Assembly (NCBI GenBank): GCA_963667665.2 | Contig: OY763927.2 | Coordinates: forward strand, 1,568,001-1,632,000 | Direction of reading: 5' to 3' | DNA from: Nitrosopumilus sp. | GTDB lineage: Archaea; Thermoproteota; Nitrososphaeria; Nitrososphaerales; Nitrosopumilaceae | Length of the DNA stretch: 64,000 bases | Shown: piece after piece, positions 49,888 to 59,171 of the stretch | Numbering within the stretch: the stretch's first letter is position 1 | Layout: the number at the start of each line of letters is the position of its first letter | Program-made: the position numbers and the translations under genes | Notes under the pieces: generated by a model | The model's input: only the letters and a program-made list of their open reading frames with translations | Databases searched by the model: none | Told to the model about the DNA's origin: nothing

Positions 49888-50013
49888 TTAGAATTTTCGT
49901 GAATCGCCCTCTAAAAGACCTGAACCATGATGAATTCTATCAATGTGTTTTGAAAGATCTTCTTTATTCTCAAAAACTGATTCACAGTAAGGACATTTAA
50001 TTTCATCAGTCAT
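49888..50013 (-). CDS. C2H2 zinc-finger microprotein (41 aa), not in ORF track
   Basis: MTDEIKCPYCESVFENKEDLSKHIDRIHHGSGLLEGDSRKF. Confidence 0.8.
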   Translation of the reverse strand: MTDEIKCPYCESVFENKEDLSKHIDRIHHGSGLLEGDSRKF

Positions 50014-50106
50014 AATTGTACATTGGTAAAGGTGTTATTAAATAATTTTCCAATTATTTAACATGATAGATTTTTTAATCAATTAATTTCTCTGTTTTGG
50101 TAACTT

Positions 50107-50688
50107 ATGATAATTGTAATTGAAGGCGGAGATCAAGCAGGCAAGTTAACTCAATCAACTTTGTTGGAAAAAGCACTTAAAAAAAGAAAGATCAAAACTA
50201 AAATATTTCATTTTCCTGACTATAAAACTCCAATAGGAAAAGAAATCAGAAAATATTTGGATGGAAAAAGAAAATTTCCTCCTCAAGTAATTCATTGTCT
50301 TTTAGCTGCAAATAGATGGGAAAAACTAAATGAAATTTTATTAGCTCAAGAAAAAAATTCGGTTCTAATTATGAATCGATATTATCATTCTAATTTGATT
50401 TATGGTATAGCAAATGGTATGAAGGAAAAATGGCTTGAGAATCTTGATGTTGGTCTTCCAAAAGCTGATCTTGTAATTTTACTTGATGTCACACAAAAAG
50501 AATCATTTCATAGACAGAAAACTCACAGAGACAAATTCGAAAAAAATGAAGAATTTTTAAGAAAAATATCTAAAATCTATCGAACAACTGCTAAGAAAAA
50601 ACATTGGAAAATAATTGATGCTTCAAAATCTAAACAAGAAATACATGAAGAAATTTTGAAAATATTCTCAAAGAAAATAAGATTATGA
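50107..50688 (+). CDS. tmk: Thymidylate kinase
   Basis: IEGGDQAGKLTQ, FPDY, ANRWE, NRY..S. Confidence 0.95.
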   Translation: MIIVIEGGDQAGKLTQSTLLEKALKKRKIKTKIFHFPDYKTPIGKEIRKYLDGKRKFPPQVIHCLLAANRWEKLNEILLAQEKNSVLIMNRYYHSNLIYGIANGMKEKWLENLDVGLPKADLVILLDVTQKESFHRQKTHRDKFEKNEEFLRKISKIYRTTAKKKHWKIIDASKSKQEIHEEILKIFSKKIRL

Positions 50689-51920
50689 AAAAAAATCATC
50701 TAGACATAATTGATCCTATTCATGATTTCATTCGAGTTTATGAACATGAACTATCCATAATTGATGATCCACTTTTTCAAAGATTAAGACGGATTAGACA
50801 ACTTTCAGGTGCTCATTTAACATATCCGGCAGCTCAACATACAAGATTTGAGCATTCATTGGGAGTTATGCATATTGCTAGTCAAGCAGGTCATGCATTA
50901 AATGAAAAAGGAATTTTAAAATTAGATGACATTGAAATTCTTAGATTAGCTGGTCTCTTACATGACATAGGACATGGACCATTTTCTCATCTTTTTGAGG
51001 AAATAATACAGGAAAAAAAAATTTCACATGAAGACTTTGGTAAAGAAATTATTCTAAAATCTGAGATTGGTGACAATTTATCAAAAAATGGTTTTAATAA
51101 AAAGCTCATTACAAAAATTGCCTTTGGAGATTCCAAACTTCAATACATGAATGAAATTGTTTCAGGTACACTTAGTGCAGATATGATGGACTATTTACTT
51201 AGAGATGGTTATTTTACAGGAGCAGAACATGCAAAAATTGATCACAAAAGAATCACTCAGTCACTTGATGTACATCAGAAAAAACTAGCCTTGGAACGTT
51301 CAGCATTGTATTCTTTTGAATCAATGATGCATTCTAGATATCAAATGTTCAAGGCAGTCTATTTTCATAAAACAGTAAGAGCAGCAGAAGTAATGTTGAT
51401 TGAAGCACTAAGATTATCTGATGATGAATTTGGTTTTACTAGTTTTAATCTAAATGAATATGTTAAACTCACAGATGAATACGTTTTATCAACTCTTATA
51501 TCATCAAAATCTTCAAAACTAAAACGTGCTAGACAATTTGCACAAGATTATCAAGACAGGAAATTACTAAAATGTGTATTTGAACGAATTCTGACTAGCA
51601 AAACTAACTTGAAAAAAATACGAACTAATGAATTAAGAACTATCATTTCTAAAAAATCCAAAGTTGATGAGAATGAAATTTTTGTAGATAGTTCTGTTAC
51701 TCCATCTATTCCTCTTGCACCATCTAAAAACGAATCAAAATCTATAATTTTGATAACAAATGAGAATGGAAAATCCTCTGCAAAGGAGATGCCAATTTCA
51801 GATATTCCTGTGGTTTCAGCAATTTCTGGATTCATGAATATTCTTAGAGTTTATACCCATCAAAATAACAGAAAAAAAGTTGAAATTGCTGCAAAATCAA
51901 TCCTTGGTGATCTAAAGTGA
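50685..51920 (+). CDS. HD-domain phosphohydrolase (dNTPase family), core copy
   Basis: [36 protein letters not shown]; in operon with tmk and pyrH. Confidence 0.93.
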   Translation: MKKNHLDIIDPIHDFIRVYEHELSIIDDPLFQRLRRIRQLSGAHLTYPAAQHTRFEHSLGVMHIASQAGHALNEKGILKLDDIEILRLAGLLHDIGHGPFSHLFEEIIQEKKISHEDFGKEIILKSEIGDNLSKNGFNKKLITKIAFGDSKLQYMNEIVSGTLSADMMDYLLRDGYFTGAEHAKIDHKRITQSLDVHQKKLALERSALYSFESMMHSRYQMFKAVYFHKTVRAAEVMLIEALRLSDDEFGFTSFNLNEYVKLTDEYVLSTLISSKSSKLKRARQFAQDYQDRKLLKCVFERILTSKTNLKKIRTNELRTIISKKSKVDENEIFVDSSVTPSIPLAPSKNESKSIILITNENGKSSAKEMPISDIPVVSAISGFMNILRVYTHQNNRKKVEIAAKSILGDLK

Positions 51921-52600
51921 AAAAGAGAATTGTTATCAAACTATCTGGAAAAGTTTTTGGTACCGATAACGTCAAAGCACTAAAAGACTATGCTCAATTT
52001 CTAGTAAAAATCAGCAAAATTTGTCAACCAATTATTGTTGCTGGTGGAGGAAGCATTGCACGACATTACATTTCTCATGCAAGATCTTCTGGTGCAGATG
52101 AATCAACTCTTGATGAACTTGGAATTGAAATTTCAAAACTTAATGCAAAACTATTGATTTATGCTCTAAAAAATAAGGCATATTCACATCCACCAACGAC
52201 TTTACAGGAAGTAAAACATGCAGTAGATGATGGATTAATAGTTGTAACAGGTGGTTTGCATCCTGGTCAAAGTACTAATGGTACTGCTGCATTGATTGCT
52301 GAAAAAGTTCATGCTGAACAATTCCTTAACGCTACTGATGTTGATGGAGTTTATGATAGAGATCCAAACAAATTCAAAAAAGCAAAAAAATTCAAACGCA
52401 TTGAAATAAAAAATTTGAAAAATATGTTAGTTCATGAAGATTCTATTGCAGGAGGCTATGACTTGATGGATATTGTTGCTCTAAAAATCATTGAACGCTC
52501 CAAAATCAAAACAAGAATCATAAAGGCTGATCCAAAAATTATTGAAAAGGCCATAAAAGGTGGTAATGTAGGCACTGAAATTATTCTTACTTCAAAATAA
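51917..52600 (+). CDS. pyrH: UMP kinase
   Basis: [27 protein letters not shown]. Confidence 0.95.
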   Translation: MKKRIVIKLSGKVFGTDNVKALKDYAQFLVKISKICQPIIVAGGGSIARHYISHARSSGADESTLDELGIEISKLNAKLLIYALKNKAYSHPPTTLQEVKHAVDDGLIVVTGGLHPGQSTNGTAALIAEKVHAEQFLNATDVDGVYDRDPNKFKKAKKFKRIEIKNLKNMLVHEDSIAGGYDLMDIVALKIIERSKIKTRIIKADPKIIEKAIKGGNVGTEIILTSK

Positions 52601-52975
52601 TTAATCAGAAATCTTGTTTTGAATTGTTGGTCTTGTTTCAGACCAGATCTGAATATCTTTTTTTGAATATTCAGGAATTCCTGATTCCCTAAGTTTTTTG
52701 AAAATTGTTTGTGCTTCCTCTTTTGAAACTGCCTTTGATTGAGCCTTTGTAAAACCATCTTTATCTACAATAATTGCTATATCTCCATCTGGGGAATTAA
52801 TTATAGCAGTAAATTCTTCCTCTCCAACTGGATAAAAATTACCATTGACTTTTTTGGTCGTCAACGTTAGCATTCCAAATCCAGCTGCATCAAACATCTT
52901 CATTTGTGATTTACTTGCTCTTTGTTTTCCTTGTTGTACTGCTTGAAAATACTGCACGATATTTTTTGTCTCCAA
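52601..52975 (-). CDS. Hypothetical protein
   Basis: ORF fills the gap between pyrH and the next gene. Confidence 0.7.
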   Translation of the reverse strand: METKNIVQYFQAVQQGKQRASKSQMKMFDAAGFGMLTLTTKKVNGNFYPVGEEEFTAIINSPDGDIAIIVDKDGFTKAQSKAVSKEEAQTIFKKLRESGIPEYSKKDIQIWSETRPTIQNKISD

Positions 52976-53026
52976 TGGTATAATAACTGTCTTAACATTT
53001 AAGATACCTAAAGTGATACAAAAATT

Positions 53027-53587
53027 ATGAATCGTAAAATCTTTCTTGGCATTGCAGTTGCAGTACTAATTGTTATATTGGGAGCAATTGGATCTGGAGT
53101 AGGAAGTATAAAGATCACAGAGTCACAAGATGAAGATATTTCCGAAACTCAAAACACCCCACAAATTAAACCTCTTCAAATTGAACTAGAAGATATTTCT
53201 GTTACTAAAATTTCAGAACGAGCAGCTACAATTAAGATTGCATTCAACATAATCAATCCTAACTCCAAGTCTTTTATCGTTCAAACTTTAGATTATCAAT
53301 TATATGAAACCGGTTATTCTGAAACTGAACAAATTTCTGGTGGTGAAATAGGAAGTAGACCTACAGGAATGGTTGAATTTGGTTCAAACTATTATGTTCT
53401 TCTTGGTGATAATTCTATTGTACTAAAAGATACTATCAATATCAAAAATTCTGGAAACACTCCTGAACTGTGGACTAGTCTTAAAGATAATACATCAACT
53501 TGGCATGTCATTGGAGATGTCTTTTACAATCTAAGTTCTATGACAAGTGGCCAAGAAAATGAACTTCACTTTGATTTTACAAGATAG
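53027..53587 (+). CDS. Membrane-anchored LEA_2-like protein
   Basis: N-terminal TM segment, FNIINPN, LDYQLY. Confidence 0.7.
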   Translation: MNRKIFLGIAVAVLIVILGAIGSGVGSIKITESQDEDISETQNTPQIKPLQIELEDISVTKISERAATIKIAFNIINPNSKSFIVQTLDYQLYETGYSETEQISGGEIGSRPTGMVEFGSNYYVLLGDNSIVLKDTINIKNSGNTPELWTSLKDNTSTWHVIGDVFYNLSSMTSGQENELHFDFTR

Positions 53588-53685
53588 AGTCAATAGTATC
53601 ATAAAATTTTAAAATTGTGATACTTTGTTTTTAGCAAAAAAATATTGGCAAAGTTATAAAAGCCCGTTAAGTGAGATTTTATCAA

Positions 53686-53796
53686 ATGGCAGAAGCAGGT
53701 ATAGCCGCATTTGGCGCAGCAGCAGGAGTCGCAATTGCACTAGCAGTAGTGTGTTTCGCTCTTCGTGGTAAAGGACATCCAGAACCACTAGACTAA
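53686..53796 (+). CDS. Single-pass membrane microprotein (36 aa), not in ORF track
   Basis: MAEAGIAAFGAAAGVAIALAVVCFALRGKGHPEPLD; TTATAAA box at about 53654 and downstream terminator. Confidence 0.8.
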   Translation: MAEAGIAAFGAAAGVAIALAVVCFALRGKGHPEPLD

Positions 53797-53798
53797 TC

Positions 53799-53826
53799 AA
53801 AGGAAAATTCCTTTTTTCATATTTTT
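53799..53826 (+). terminator. Short inverted repeat plus T-tract
   Basis: AAAGGAA-AA-TTCCTTT followed by T-runs right after the microprotein stop. Confidence 0.55.
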
Positions 53827-53833
53827 CATTTAT

Positions 53834-54484
53834 CTAATCTGAATTTTTACCTGCACCCAATATTCCTAATAGGGACACTTGTCTGTTCATCTTCTTTTTC
53901 ATAAAACATCTTTCATAATATTGACAATTAGAACATTCAGATGATGGTTCTAAGATAGGTGTTTTTTGTTCTTTAAGAAGATCATGTAGAACTCTAACTC
54001 TTCTGATTATTTCTTCAAACATCTTTTTGTTACGTGTTAATGTAAAAGTTATTTCTTTTCTATCCCCTGTTATGTACACAATTACTCCATCTGATTTGTC
54101 ATATATCCACATGCATGCATTAAGATATAGAATATCATTTGCTAGAGGATTTTCTAATTCTTCTATTGTTGATCTAAATAAAAGAATAGAGTCATCTACT
54201 AACATATCGACTTGTCCCTTTAGCTTGATATCGTTAATTTCAAATTCTTTTGGCTCACTTCCATACTCTAATTTTCTTAATAATCCTGAGAGAAGTTCAT
54301 TGAATCCTCTTCTTTCAATTTCATTGGGTTCAATTCTGTCATAATATGAGCGTCTAAGACATTGAACTACTTCTTGAAGGTGAATGGTTTGAATATCTTT
54401 AGGATCTATCTCGATTTCTAATTCTTTTCCTATCGAACGTAATGCATTTTGAATAATATTTCTATAATCTCTATCGCCCATCAT
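53834..54484 (-). CDS. Stand-alone Cas4-like PD-(D/E)xK protein
   Basis: QCLRRSYY, GQVD, C-terminal CSNCQYYERC; no CRISPR array or other cas genes nearby. Confidence 0.8.
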   Translation of the reverse strand: MMGDRDYRNIIQNALRSIGKELEIEIDPKDIQTIHLQEVVQCLRRSYYDRIEPNEIERRGFNELLSGLLRKLEYGSEPKEFEINDIKLKGQVDMLVDDSILLFRSTIEELENPLANDILYLNACMWIYDKSDGVIVYITGDRKEITFTLTRNKKMFEEIIRRVRVLHDLLKEQKTPILEPSSECSNCQYYERCFMKKKMNRQVSLLGILGAGKNSD

Positions 54485-54516
54485 AATATATCATCTTGAA
54501 ATTAGATCAATATAGG

Positions 54517-54747
54517 TTAATTCATAATCTTATCTAGATACTTTGAAATTCTACCTGAAAACGCAAGTGTAATTATATGAACACCAAATCCTAATACTGC
54601 TCCTATAATCAAATTTCCTGTTCCATAGTAAATTCCCAAAAATATCCCTAGTGATGGTAGGGCAAAAATCAATGCCATAGAGATACTTACCCAATTTGTA
54701 AGAATATCAATTGATGTTTCATTTTTTTTTGTTGGAAATTTACTCAT
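54517..54747 (-). CDS. Small two-TM membrane protein
   Basis: Two hydrophobic helices; directly downstream of atpC. Confidence 0.7.
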   Translation of the reverse strand: MSKFPTKKNETSIDILTNWVSISMALIFALPSLGIFLGIYYGTGNLIIGAVLGFGVHIITLAFSGRISKYLDKIMN

Positions 54748-54760
54748 ATTTTATACCAGT

Positions 54761-55810
54761 CTATTCTGTCTCTAAAATCAATTTTGACATAGTAGTTTCA
54801 GTTGGTATTTTTTGTTCAACTGCATAAGCAATTGCTGAAAGATTTCTCACTTCGAATGCAGTTAGTTTTGTAATTCCTACTGTTGTTGCTAAACTGAACA
54901 TTTTTGTGAAAGAGTTTAACGATGCTTTGTAAATCGCTATTTCAAAAGCTCTTTCAAATTCAGATATTGCATCTAATTCATTTTCAACTTGAGGAACTAG
55001 ATTACTATACTTTGTATTAGAAAGTTCGTTGAATGCATCTCTTATTGAACCAGCTGCTATCATTCTTCCTAGCAAATCTTTTGCAGCAGGAGATTGAATT
55101 ATAATTAAATCTTGAATTTGTTGTTCATCAAGTCCCCAAAACTTTCCTCTAATCACACTTAAAATATTATAAAAATCAACATCCATCCCAATCAATCTAC
55201 TTGCATCTATGTCTCCAGATTTTAGTGCCTTTACAAGACGTGTATACAAAATTTTGTCAAAATATGTATCAAAAATTTGGAGATTCTTTTTATCTGCATA
55301 CAAAGCTGCCGCTTTTGCAATTTCTTCACCAAATTCTACTTGGCTTAAACTTGCAACTGTTTCTTCCAGATCTTTTGCTACAAGTGCTTTGACTACAATA
55401 TCTCTTTGCTTAATTAATTCTTCAGCATGAAGATTAATGTGAATTTCAATCTCTTCTTGAGATTTTCCCAAAACTTTTCCTTTTAGAATTTGTTTTAAAT
55501 TAGAAATGATAAATTTCAAATAATAAGCATCTAAGATGCGTGACTCACCTGCAGTTTTTGCTATGCTATAATGAACATCAGCTAGGTGACTTTTTAGAGC
55601 AGATTCAATACCCTGAGATGTGTAAGGTTTCTCTACTTCAGACACTGCTTCTCCATAAACTGTATTTTTAATTCTCGTCATTAATTCATCAAGATCTCTT
55701 GATTCTGCCAATGTTTGAAAATCAGCTTTTTTTAATAATTTTCCTCTTTTACTATAGGATTTTACAGATGCAAAGACGTTTTTAGATCCACCCATTTTGA
55801 TTGATCTCAA
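54761..55810 (-). CDS. atpC: A/V-type ATP synthase subunit C
   Basis: GKLL, T.Y, NLK.ILKGK, D..NI..VIRGK, EVRNL.AIA. Confidence 0.92.
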   Translation of the reverse strand: MRSIKMGGSKNVFASVKSYSKRGKLLKKADFQTLAESRDLDELMTRIKNTVYGEAVSEVEKPYTSQGIESALKSHLADVHYSIAKTAGESRILDAYYLKFIISNLKQILKGKVLGKSQEEIEIHINLHAEELIKQRDIVVKALVAKDLEETVASLSQVEFGEEIAKAAALYADKKNLQIFDTYFDKILYTRLVKALKSGDIDASRLIGMDVDFYNILSVIRGKFWGLDEQQIQDLIIIQSPAAKDLLGRMIAAGSIRDAFNELSNTKYSNLVPQVENELDAISEFERAFEIAIYKASLNSFTKMFSLATTVGITKLTAFEVRNLSAIAYAVEQKIPTETTMSKLILETE

Positions 55811-55847
55811 TAAATAACAGATTTTAATGTTTGGCGTTATTTTGTGG

Positions 55848-56531
55848 TTAGGTTATTTCATTGAGGAATCTTATGGCCTCATCTTTTTCTTGTTTTGATA
55901 GTTTTAAAAATGCCTCTAAAAACTCCTTTTGAATACCTAAAGACTCGTCTGAAATTTCCCGAAGTTTTGATAGATCAAAAGGAAGCAGATCTTTAATTTT
56001 ATTATTACAAAAAGCCTTAACATATTTTTGAAAAATTGAAAATGTGAAATTGGGACTAGTTCTTAAAAGATTAGAGATAATTTTTTCAAAGTCTTTTTCA
56101 CCAGATTCTGACTTTGAGAAAAAATCTTTTAGTAAATTTTCTCTATTATCAATTTCACTAATTGATAGTGCTATCAAAATACCCTTTCTGGTTAAGTGAT
56201 AATATGGAATTCCTATCTCCTGAAGAGCCTTTGGACCTCTTTTTAGAGGTAATCTTCCATCCTCATCTGCAATCTTCATAGGAAGTAAAATCTTATCCAT
56301 ATCACGAAATATTCCTGAATAGATATTCTTCCAGGCTATTCCTTGTTTTTTTGCTATTCTTTGAGAAATTCCTGTTCTAGTTCTTTCTGCGGGATTAACA
56401 TTACTAGCAAGTATTGTTATGATCGCCCTTTGTCTATTTGCCTCACCTGTTAATTCATCACCTTTAGTTTTGAATGTATCAAAAATTGCTAGTTTTATAC
56501 CTGATTCTTTATCTTTTGACTTAATTTTCAT
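55848..56531 (-). CDS. Winged-helix-like protein divergent from amt
   Basis: RT.ISQRIAK..GIAWKNIYSG, PYYHLT.KG. Confidence 0.7.
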   Translation of the reverse strand: MKIKSKDKESGIKLAIFDTFKTKGDELTGEANRQRAIITILASNVNPAERTRTGISQRIAKKQGIAWKNIYSGIFRDMDKILLPMKIADEDGRLPLKRGPKALQEIGIPYYHLTRKGILIALSISEIDNRENLLKDFFSKSESGEKDFEKIISNLLRTSPNFTFSIFQKYVKAFCNNKIKDLLPFDLSKLREISDESLGIQKEFLEAFLKLSKQEKDEAIRFLNEIT

Positions 56532-56632
56532 ATTTTATGTTACTATCAGAATATACTAAAATATAATAATTTACTTTTTTACAAATTTTATAGTCTTTAA
56601 TCCTTAAATGCCCTCCAATTTCGATAAATTTA

Positions 56633-58195
56633 ATGAATTCTAGGAACTACAAGTATGCTCTATTACTTGTAGCCGCAGTATCAATCACAGCAGCTGGTGC
56701 TATGTCACAAGCATATGCACAAAGTGTTGATGATGGTATGGACGGATATGTAGTGGGAACTAGTGGAATTTACACTGGTAACCCTAACGAGTGTTGGTAT
56801 GATGATGGCGACGGCGGCATGCTCCCTTGTATGGTAGATACAGGTGATATGGCATGGATGCTTACAGCAACATCATTAGTACTCTTCATGACTCCCGGCG
56901 TTGCATTCTTTTATGGTGGTTTATCCCGCTCAAAGAACGCAGTAAACGCCATCGGCATGACCTTTGTAGTCATTGGTTTAATGTCAGTACAATGGGTTCT
57001 ATGGGGATACTCACTAGCATTTGGCGGAATTGATAATGACGCAAATATGTTCATGGGAAATTTGGACTATGTTGGATTTAATATGGTCTCAGCATGGGCT
57101 CCATTAGGTGAAGCAGGACCTTGTGCAGATACATGGTCTAATGCATACCAAATGCAGCAGTTCAAAGAAGGAGATGTTTGTAGTCAAGGTTGGCCAGGTA
57201 CAGTACCTCACCAACTATTTGCAATGTTCCAAGCAACATTCGCAATTATCACCCCAGCACTAATTGTTGGTGGTTTGGTTGACAGAATCAAATTCAGCGC
57301 ATTAATCATATTCGTACTCTTATGGGGTACCTTCGTTTACGATCCAATTGCACATTGGGTTTGGGGAGGTGGTTACATAGGAGGAGGTTCAATAGACCTC
57401 GATCCAAACTTATCGCCATCATACGCATTAGACTTTGCTGGTGGTACTGTAGTACACATTACTTCAGGATTCGCTGCATTGGCAGGAGCCTTAGTCCTTG
57501 GCAGAAGACTTGGATATGGCAAAGTTCCAATGGAACCACACAACATTCCAATGGTTGTACTAGGTGCATCCATTCTATGGTTTGGTTGGTTTGGTTTCAA
57601 CGCAGGAAGTGAAGTAATGGTAGACGGCATTACCGTAAGCGCATGGACTGTAACTAATACCGCAACAGGTATGGCTTCAGTAACATGGGTTTTGATGTCA
57701 TGGGCACATACCGGAAAACCAAGTATAGTTGGTGCTGCAACAGGTGCAGTAGCAGGATTGGTAGCAATCACACCAGCATCAGGTTGGGTAGGTCCAATGG
57801 CTTCGATTATTATCGGTATTGCTGCTGGAACAATTTGTTATGCAGCTATAGCATTCAAGAATGCACGCAAATGGGACGACGCATTAGATGTATGGGGAGT
57901 ACACGGAATGGGTGGTCTTACAGGTGCAATTTTGACTGGAACATTAGCTAGTCCACACGTTTGGGATACTGGAGACGGTATCGGCGCATGGACTGGTACT
58001 CCAGAAGGAATGGAACAGCAAGCAATCAGCATCATTGGTGCTGCAATATCAGTAGGCTATGCCTTTGGTGTTACCCTTGTAATCTTCAAAATCATGGATG
58101 CCATCTGGCCAGGCGGAATCAGAGTCACTCCTAAAGAAGAGGAGATTGGCATTGATTTGGCTCAGCACGGCGAAAGAGCATACGTTAACGAATAG
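56633..58195 (+). CDS. amt: Ammonium transporter (Amt family)
   Basis: MTPG.AFFYGG, FQATFA, DFAGGTVVH, WFGWFGFNAGS, DDALDVWGVHG, EEEIG.D..QHGE. Confidence 0.98.
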   Translation: MNSRNYKYALLLVAAVSITAAGAMSQAYAQSVDDGMDGYVVGTSGIYTGNPNECWYDDGDGGMLPCMVDTGDMAWMLTATSLVLFMTPGVAFFYGGLSRSKNAVNAIGMTFVVIGLMSVQWVLWGYSLAFGGIDNDANMFMGNLDYVGFNMVSAWAPLGEAGPCADTWSNAYQMQQFKEGDVCSQGWPGTVPHQLFAMFQATFAIITPALIVGGLVDRIKFSALIIFVLLWGTFVYDPIAHWVWGGGYIGGGSIDLDPNLSPSYALDFAGGTVVHITSGFAALAGALVLGRRLGYGKVPMEPHNIPMVVLGASILWFGWFGFNAGSEVMVDGITVSAWTVTNTATGMASVTWVLMSWAHTGKPSIVGAATGAVAGLVAITPASGWVGPMASIIIGIAAGTICYAAIAFKNARKWDDALDVWGVHGMGGLTGAILTGTLASPHVWDTGDGIGAWTGTPEGMEQQAISIIGAAISVGYAFGVTLVIFKIMDAIWPGGIRVTPKEEEIGIDLAQHGERAYVNE

Positions 58196-58204
58196 AAAAA
58201 ACCC

Positions 58205-58227
58205 TTTTCTTTTCTTTTTATTTTTTT
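58205..58227 (+). terminator. Oligo-T terminator of amt
   Basis: TTTTCTTTTCTTTTATTTTTTT just after the stop codon. Confidence 0.6.
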
Positions 58228-58267
58228 GAATACAAATCAATTTAGATTTGATCAATATATCAAAATC

Positions 58268-59044
58268 ATGTTAACTTCTACAACTAAACTTGATTCGATT
58301 CTAAATGATTCAAATATTTTGATAATTGATACCCGTTCTTTTGGAAAATATTCTGAAGGACATGTTCCAGGAGCTGTCAATTTAGATCTGTTTGCATTTC
58401 ATTGGATAGATACAACAAAAGAAGGAATACAAAATTTTAACAAACAAGCAGAGATGATTTTTTCATTTGTTGGGGTAAGCTTACAAAAGAAAGTTGTTTT
58501 TTATGATGATATCTCTGGTATGCTTGCTGCAAGAGGTTTTTGGATGTTAGAATATTTCTCTCATCCTGATGTATCCATATTAGATGGTGGAATGAAAAAA
58601 TGGAAAAAAGAAAACTTGCCAATTGAAACAAAACCAAACCCATTTCAACCCTCAAAATTTTCTGGAAAAATAAATCCTAAAATTATTTCCAGCTATGAAT
58701 ACATTTTAGATAATATTGATACACTAAAGATAATCGATGCCAGATCTGATGGGGAATTTAATGGAACCGTTGTACGTGCAGCACAAGTAGGACATATTCC
58801 AAAATCTGTCAATATTGATTGGAATCTAAACATCAATGATGATGGTACTTTCAAATCAGATGATGAACTATCCAAACTTTACCAAATGCCCAAAAATTCT
58901 GAAATAGTGACTTATTGTCAAGGAGCCTATCGAGCTGCTAACACATTTGTAACATTAAAGAAACTTGGTTTTGAAAATGTTCGTGTATATCTAGGCTCTT
59001 GGGGAGAATGGGGAAATAAACTAGATTTACCTGTGGAACAATAA
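58268..59044 (+). CDS. Tandem-domain rhodanese/sulfurtransferase
   Basis: GHVPGA, LDGG..KW, GHIP, YCQGAYRA, YLGSWGEW; ATG 58268. Confidence 0.93.
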   Translation: MLTSTTKLDSILNDSNILIIDTRSFGKYSEGHVPGAVNLDLFAFHWIDTTKEGIQNFNKQAEMIFSFVGVSLQKKVVFYDDISGMLAARGFWMLEYFSHPDVSILDGGMKKWKKENLPIETKPNPFQPSKFSGKINPKIISSYEYILDNIDTLKIIDARSDGEFNGTVVRAAQVGHIPKSVNIDWNLNINDDGTFKSDDELSKLYQMPKNSEIVTYCQGAYRAANTFVTLKKLGFENVRVYLGSWGEWGNKLDLPVEQ

Positions 59045-59064
59045 ACACAAATTATTACGACAAA

Positions 59065-59151
59065 CTATGAACTAATTACTGTTAATCCAAAAATGGCAAA
59101 TCCAAGCATAACGAGTGCTGGAATCAAAGTTATTATGAATTCTTTTGACAT
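59065..59151 (-). CDS. Hydrophobic micropeptide (28 aa) downstream of atpI, not in ORF track
   Basis: MSKEFIITLIPALVMLGFAIFGLTVISS; 20 nt after atpI stop; AAAGGT upstream of the ATG. Confidence 0.55.
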   Translation of the reverse strand: MSKEFIITLIPALVMLGFAIFGLTVISS

Positions 59152-59171
59152 AACCTTTCTATCTCTTACTC

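Noticed and set aside
53834-54484. CRISPR-Cas locus suggested by the Cas4-like gene
   Set aside because: No repeat-spacer array or other cas genes seen in the window
56633-58195. Raised GC of amt as evidence of horizontal transfer
   Set aside because: Explained by Gly/Ala-rich composition and high-expression codon bias
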